Virus record (IMG/VR): IMGVR_UViG_3300043399_000877
Coordinates: 62,001 to 126,000 of that record
Reading direction: 5' to 3' (one strand)
Length of the DNA: 64,000 bases
Part shown: positions 58,707 through 64,000 of the stretch, piece by piece
Layout of the letters: each line of letters opens with the position of its first letter
Numbering within the stretch: the first letter of the stretch is position 1
Notes under the pieces: model-generated
The model's database searches: none
What the model saw: only the letters and a program-made list of their open reading frames with translations
What the model was told of the DNA's origin: nothing
Translations under genes and position numbers: made by a program

Positions 58707-59537
58707 TTATATATAATTTGTCAATATTTTTAAAGGCATACCCATTTTTATCTCAGGTATAGTATATTCACTGGATAAAAATTGCTTAAACCATTCAGTC
58801 CTGTCCGGGGTTTCGGGATTTAGTATATTTTCAAAATCTTTATTACCAACAGGAGATGCAAAACTATCAGGTCCACAAAAAACCGGAACACCAGCGATTG
58901 CAGCATGTGGTCCCGCAGACCCGCTCCAGCTTATTACGCTGGCACATTTTTTAAAACTTATGTCAAAATCGTCGTATGTTTTTGGAATTTTTAAAGGAAT
59001 AGAATATTCTACATTTTTTAAATTTGCCTGTTTAATTACGCACCTTGGATGTTGCCGAACTATAATTTTTTTATCTGTGTGTTTTCTTATGATATCAACG
59101 CAATCGTTAATCCATACGTCTTGTTTTGGCATACCTTTCCAAAAATTGCTTTTGTCGTGTTGTCCGCAAATTAATATATGATCTCCCGAAGATTTCCATT
59201 TAGAAAGCTTTAATCCATAGGAATCAGTCTTTCTTATTTCATATATCAAATTATCTGGTTTTAAACCGTTTAGACCAATTTTCCATGTAACACCTCGCTT
59301 TACTGCGCCAACTTCTAAAATAATAACGTTTTTGTTTTGATTTCTAAAATGTTCCCAAACGCGAAGGTTATCATACATTCTTCCGTGCCAAATGTTGCTC
59401 CAAATAACTGCAACATCGGCATCATAGCTGTCGTCAACTACTTGATACCCAGCATTTGTTAAACTGTATTCAAAAGCTCTAAAAACTGGAAGGCTGTTTA
59501 ACGCCCCATATTTTTTAAATAAACTTACTTTTTCCAA
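58707..59537 (-). CDS. Capsule-biosynthesis-like / GT-B-like protein
   Basis: ILICGQ..D, VRQHP, SWSGSAGPHAAIAGVPVF; paralogous to 60322..61239. Confidence 0.6.
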   Translation of the reverse strand: MEKVSLFKKYGALNSLPVFRAFEYSLTNAGYQVVDDSYDADVAVIWSNIWHGRMYDNLRVWEHFRNQNKNVIILEVGAVKRGVTWKIGLNGLKPDNLIYEIRKTDSYGLKLSKWKSSGDHILICGQHDKSNFWKGMPKQDVWINDCVDIIRKHTDKKIIVRQHPRCVIKQANLKNVEYSIPLKIPKTYDDFDISFKKCASVISWSGSAGPHAAIAGVPVFCGPDSFASPVGNKDFENILNPETPDRTEWFKQFLSSEYTIPEIKMGMPLKILTNYI

Positions 59538-60325
59538 TAACTTTCGGTTCTTTCAACTACTAAGTCGGTCGGCTTACTCATTCCCAAGGTTTTTCTTTCA
59601 CCTTTTAAATGGTCTAAATATGCTCCCCATTCAGTATTAATAAGCGGGTGTCCTTCTCCATTTATTATTCCGGCACTCCAGCTTAGAGTTGCAGGATTTA
59701 TTTGTTTTCTAACTTCCTCAAAAACAAAGCTATCATGCCATTCATCCATCTTAAATATTCCGTTTTCAGCATCATCATACACACGCTTAAATGCTTTTAA
59801 GAACTTTTGAGTACCTTTGTTTTTTAGTGCCATGCTATAAAGTCCGCATTCTGGCCACTTATTGCCCCTTCCCAGATATCCTATATCTACAGTATCAGGA
59901 ATCAATCGCTCGATATCATCTATTGTGATCGGGCTGTGACAAAAGGTATCACCATCCATCCATATTAAAACGTCAGCGTCTGAATTTTTTGCGCAGTCAA
60001 AAATGCTGTACACTTTATGAGAAAATCTAACAGCGTCCCATTTAAATTTTTTGTGGTGGTCCCGGGGGCGCCGTTCTGGCCACGGACATATTCCGTTTGC
60101 TTTGGGGACATCTTTCCATTTATTTTTAAATCTTGTTAAATCTTTTACATCGCCTATGTTTCGTATAACAACATTTTCACTGTGTGAGATTGGCGTGCAG
60201 TCTTCTGCGTACACAAACAACGTCACACTTTTGGGCCAATTTTGAGAAAAACTATCAATCATTCTTTGACCATAGGTTGACAGTCCTGCTTGATTAAACG
60301 TTGTTACAACTGCAAATTTTCTCAT
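59525..60325 (-). CDS. Glycosyltransferase-like (GT-A) protein
   Basis: DAVRFSHKV, WMDGD (DxD), ECG, WHDSFVF, DHLKG. Confidence 0.7.
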   Translation of the reverse strand: MRKFAVVTTFNQAGLSTYGQRMIDSFSQNWPKSVTLFVYAEDCTPISHSENVVIRNIGDVKDLTRFKNKWKDVPKANGICPWPERRPRDHHKKFKWDAVRFSHKVYSIFDCAKNSDADVLIWMDGDTFCHSPITIDDIERLIPDTVDIGYLGRGNKWPECGLYSMALKNKGTQKFLKAFKRVYDDAENGIFKMDEWHDSFVFEEVRKQINPATLSWSAGIINGEGHPLINTEWGAYLDHLKGERKTLGMSKPTDLVVERTESYWKK

Positions 60326-61239
60326 ATATATTTCCTTATTATTCTCCAAGCTTCACCATCAGATAAATCTTTAAAATTGTAATGCGACATGGCAAGCCGC
60401 TCAACCCATTCTTGACGATCTGGCATATGCGGGTCTGCTATCATACTTAGATCTCTATTTCCAACTGCAAATGCTTGACTGTTTTCTGGAATTGGGTCGG
60501 TTATAAACACCGGGACCCCCAATAATGCACTCACTGCACCCGGGCTGCTGTTATATGTGACAGTCGCCCAGGCATCGCGAAGATCGTCAACAATATTTGC
60601 ATTTTTACTTATGTAAACCTTTTTGTGTATTTTTTTATCAATTACAAGATAATTTTTTGCAGCTCTATCTCCCGGATGCGGGCGAACTATAATGGGAAGT
60701 TTACTTACTGCTCGGATTTGTTGAATTGTAGAATTCAACCAATCCATTACATTCTTACCCTTCATGCTCCATCCGCCGTTTCTTTGAAGGCATACCAATA
60801 TATGTGTACCTTCGGTTCTCCATGGATATATGTCAAAGTTTAATGTACGTTTTATGTCACGCCAGCGTGATGGTTCTACTTCGGCTGTAAAATAATTTCC
60901 TGTTGTAGGGAAAATACCATTTAAACTGTATCTTAAATAGTTGAATTTTACTTCAGGATCTGCAAATTGAAATATGTTGCTATCTATGACTAAAATTTGA
61001 TTTCCAGTTTCAAATTGTTTCTCTATTACAGTTTTTCTAAATTTAAGATGCGTAGAGTGATTGTGCTCGTGCGCCCACCCTTGTATTACCGCAAGCCGAC
61101 TTTCTTTCCATTCAGGTTTGAATACTTCTTCGCTTGTTTCAGTAAAAACACCATTGTGAAAACGGTGTAACACTTCAGTTTTTTGTAAATTTTTATTTGT
61201 TGCTGGAATGCCAGCAAAGTACACACGAACGTCACTCAT
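60322..61239 (-). CDS. Capsule-biosynthesis-like / GT-B-like protein
   Basis: ILVCLQ, IVRPHP, VTYNSSPGAVSALLGVPVF. Confidence 0.6.
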   Translation of the reverse strand: MSDVRVYFAGIPATNKNLQKTEVLHRFHNGVFTETSEEVFKPEWKESRLAVIQGWAHEHNHSTHLKFRKTVIEKQFETGNQILVIDSNIFQFADPEVKFNYLRYSLNGIFPTTGNYFTAEVEPSRWRDIKRTLNFDIYPWRTEGTHILVCLQRNGGWSMKGKNVMDWLNSTIQQIRAVSKLPIIVRPHPGDRAAKNYLVIDKKIHKKVYISKNANIVDDLRDAWATVTYNSSPGAVSALLGVPVFITDPIPENSQAFAVGNRDLSMIADPHMPDRQEWVERLAMSHYNFKDLSDGEAWRIIRKYI

Positions 61240-62956
61240 TTTCGTTTAATATTCTCCAAGCAGTACCATTTAACATTTCGGATGGACTAAACTGTGCGTA
61301 ACTTAAATGTGCAGCGAAGGCAATCATTTCATCCTTTGTGGGAATGTTTAGATTTTCAATTTCACTTATATTTTTGTTACACAGCATTTGTGCTGCATTT
61401 GGACCGAGGGCGATTGCCGGTTTACCAAAAAGCAGTGCTTCGGTTGCCGCTATGCTGTTAAATGTAACAACACAGTGAACATCGCTGGCTAATGCTTTAA
61501 ATATAGAACTATTGGTAACACGTTCATTCCTTGTTGGTTTTAATCTTACTTCAATAGGACGATCAGTGTATTTTTTTATTTCCTCAATAACGTTTGCAGT
61601 CCAAGTTTCTGGATCAGGTTGGTCCCATAACATCATAACCTTTTCAGAAGGGGGACAAATAAGAATTTTTCTTCCCGGCGTAAAGTTCTTAAAAGAATAT
61701 TTTAGCATAGCCAACCTATCGGTTGGGCGCTGTACTATTGGTCCGAGGTTTTGTAACGCATTTTTGGTAATTCTATGCCATAATTTTATTTTTTTATTTC
61801 CAAAATATCCGGTATCTATTGCATAGAATTCTCTACCAGTTTCCCAGCAATGCTTTATTGCCCGACGACTTCCACCGCCGAGACCGCGAATTACAAGAGT
61901 TTTATCTGAAAACTCTTCTTCTTCCCAGGAAGAAATTATACCGTTGCCACCAGCAACAAATTTTTCAAGAATAGGATCATAAGACAGATTCTTCTTATCA
62001 AGATCAACTTCGCTGGTGTCAATAGCTGCCACTTTGTTAAAAGTAATATTATCAAATTCTTTTAGTATAGAATCTTTTGTGACCCCATAGTATCTTCCCG
62101 TGGGGTCTACAAAATGTTTTGTGAGATTTTTAATTAACTTTTTTTTTTGATCCGACATTGGGATGTCGTCTACGTTAACGGATTTAATCTTTTCCAAATA
62201 AAGATCAGCATTTAGCCTTTCTACTTCTTTTTGCAAATATTGATATGCAACTTTGTACCAGTCAGTATTATATTCACAGTCTTGATATTCTTTAAACCAG
62301 GGACCGCCTTCGGTGTAATGTATTACTTTTGGCTTTCCGTTATCTGGTTCCTTATACCAATTAACCAGCCAATTCCATTCATGACTTACTGCACCAATCT
62401 CTGCATCTGTTAGCCATGTAAACCGATGAAAAAATGCTCCGGTTTTTTCCGGATCATTAACAAGAGCTTTTGTTAGGACTCGATTACTCGGATGCTCGCA
62501 ATTTATAAGCATCATACTAGACCAGTTTTTTCTAGGGTACTGCGTTTGTTTTTGCCCATCCATTTTTATACCTTCTGCGGGTGTATAATCGTGTTGAGCA
62601 CACATGATAGCATACTTGTCGTCTTTTAAATCAAACAACTTTGCAACATCTTCTACAAAAAGAAAGTCGCAATCTATAAACAAAGCCCAGCCCTTATATT
62701 CCACTAATTCAGGTATAAGATATCGTGTATACGTAAATTCTGTAGCCGCAAGTTTATCAATATCTCGCCAATACAGGCCCGCCTGCCTTAACTCATGCTG
62801 TTTTATTGGAATTATTTCAACTGGTACTGAAGCATGATCCAAGATGCTTTGTTTAGCAACTTGGTATGCAATGTCTTCTCTACTATCCCAACCAATAAAT
62901 ATTTTTAATGGCTTAGTCTCTTCGTTCAATGTCTTCCTCCACGCACTGTTCACCAT
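61232..62956 (-). CDS. Two-domain glycosyltransferase (GT-A N-terminal domain + capsule-biosynthesis-like C-terminal domain)
   Basis: IFIGWDSRE, TEFTYTRY, FIDCDFL, PRKNWSS, HYTEGGPWF; C-terminal VTFNSIAATEALLFGKP. Confidence 0.8.
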   Translation of the reverse strand: MVNSAWRKTLNEETKPLKIFIGWDSREDIAYQVAKQSILDHASVPVEIIPIKQHELRQAGLYWRDIDKLAATEFTYTRYLIPELVEYKGWALFIDCDFLFVEDVAKLFDLKDDKYAIMCAQHDYTPAEGIKMDGQKQTQYPRKNWSSMMLINCEHPSNRVLTKALVNDPEKTGAFFHRFTWLTDAEIGAVSHEWNWLVNWYKEPDNGKPKVIHYTEGGPWFKEYQDCEYNTDWYKVAYQYLQKEVERLNADLYLEKIKSVNVDDIPMSDQKKKLIKNLTKHFVDPTGRYYGVTKDSILKEFDNITFNKVAAIDTSEVDLDKKNLSYDPILEKFVAGGNGIISSWEEEEFSDKTLVIRGLGGGSRRAIKHCWETGREFYAIDTGYFGNKKIKLWHRITKNALQNLGPIVQRPTDRLAMLKYSFKNFTPGRKILICPPSEKVMMLWDQPDPETWTANVIEEIKKYTDRPIEVRLKPTRNERVTNSSIFKALASDVHCVVTFNSIAATEALLFGKPAIALGPNAAQMLCNKNISEIENLNIPTKDEMIAFAAHLSYAQFSPSEMLNGTAWRILNENE

Positions 62957-63677
62957 ACTGTACTTCTAAAATATGACACGGAACATCTAGCGGGTTCGAT
63001 GTATGATGCCAGGTTCCTACTGGTATTACAAAAGTATCAGTTTCTGATAAGGTTACTGTATTTTTTACCCCATCCCATTCTGTATTTATAGAACATGAAC
63101 CTTTTAAAACAAACCAATGTTCACTTCTCTTAAAATGCCGTTGATCGCTAAGACTTTTTCCTGGCGTAATGACCAGCTCTTTAACTTTCATTCCGGGTTT
63201 TTCATCTAAAACTCGATACCAGCCCCACTGGCGCACAGTTTTTGGATTTTTCCAATCTTCAAGTATCCAGCTTGACGAGTTCTTTTTATCATCTCCGCCC
63301 ACACCCCATGCAAATTCCACCCAGGGAGAGTGCTTATATATAAATTCTGGACAGTTATCTGGTATACGATCACCACCGTTTGCAAATACCACGCGAGTAT
63401 CTGGGAACTTTTGCAAGCACTTGTATATTGCAAAATTCGCACTTCCGTCGTCGTCGTTAAAGTCGATAACTTCGTCAACAACTCCCAACTCTGCAATTAT
63501 AGCTGCTCTTTCATGCCATGGCATGAAAGGACGACCCTTCTTTCTAGTTAACCAAGCGTCGCTGTTAACACCAACAACGAGGTAATTTCCCAAAGCTTTT
63601 GCAGCTTTGAAGTATGCAATGTGTCCACTGTGAAGTGGATCAAATCCACCGGTAACAAGAACTACGTTTTTGGCCAT
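62913..63677 (-). CDS. Cytidylyltransferase-family nucleotidyltransferase fused to a mannose-6-P-isomerase-type cupin
   Basis: TGGFDPLHSGH, GVNSD, FANGGDR; RQWGWY..LSDQRH..RSEHW..EVQYG..EEDIER. Confidence 0.88.
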   Translation of the reverse strand: MAKNVVLVTGGFDPLHSGHIAYFKAAKALGNYLVVGVNSDAWLTRKKGRPFMPWHERAAIIAELGVVDEVIDFNDDDGSANFAIYKCLQKFPDTRVVFANGGDRIPDNCPEFIYKHSPWVEFAWGVGGDDKKNSSSWILEDWKNPKTVRQWGWYRVLDEKPGMKVKELVITPGKSLSDQRHFKRSEHWFVLKGSCSINTEWDGVKNTVTLSETDTFVIPVGTWHHTSNPLDVPCHILEVQYGEQCVEEDIERRD

Positions 63678-63802
63678 TTAAATTTTTCCTTTATAGGTTT
63701 AATGTAATTATTTAGATCTGTTTTGTAGATTTAAAAAAGCGGCTGTTCCTAATTATACAACATTTTTTGCTCCTATGCAATCTTTATTTGATAAATATTT
63801 TT

Positions 63803-64000
63803 ATGAAAAGAATAGCCGTAATTTGCGCATACCCTAAACACAACCCCGGAATGTATAGTGTGGATCTGGGTTTGGGTAGCATCGTTAATACTTTAGAAAA
63901 AGTTAAAGTTACAAGATTTAACATACAAGATAATTATTCTATAAAATCTGATTTATACAAATTAAAATACAATTTGTTATATGATGCGGCTCAATTAGAA
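63803..64000 (+). CDS. Partial CDS, possibly a polysaccharide-modifying enzyme
   Basis: MKRIAVICAYPKHNPGMYSVDLG..., open to the window end; GATAAATA at 63790-63797. Confidence 0.55.
   Translation, partial: MKRIAVICAYPKHNPGMYSVDLGLGSIVNTLEKVKVTRFNIQDNYSIKSDLYKLKYNLLYDAAQLE

Overview
The window is a 64-kb piece of a large lytic dsDNA phage genome (T4-related/jumbo type; host probably a GC-rich alphaproteobacterium, inferred from promoter style). It has three parts. (1) 1-7.7 kb: AT-rich minus-strand genes behind late-type GATAAATA promoters, encoding three paralogous large proteins. They share a scaffold resembling an ADP-ribosyltransferase fold, into which host transcription-factor domains have been inserted: a sigma70 region 1.1 domain in one, a NusG C-terminal KOW domain in another. 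(2) About 7.7-48.9 kb: a mostly GC-rich early/host-takeover region of about 100 mostly small plus-strand genes driven by more than 50 sigma70-type promoters. It contains three tRNAs plus a tRNA remnant, a CCA enzyme, rIIA/rIIB, two AAA ATPases, homing endonucleases, a bL12-CTD protein, an SleB-type hydrolase and a duplicated covarying small RNA. It also carries a polar GACCCCGCTG motif and a striking island (45.4-47.8 kb) from which TC/CC (= GA/GG on the other strand) dinucleotides have been purged. (3) 49-64 kb: AT-rich minus-strand replication genes (helicase, primase, mini-DnaE, clamp-loader-like subunit, UvsW) and a glycosyltransferase/nucleotide-sugar cluster. All family assignments come from recognising motifs by eye; no database search was run.
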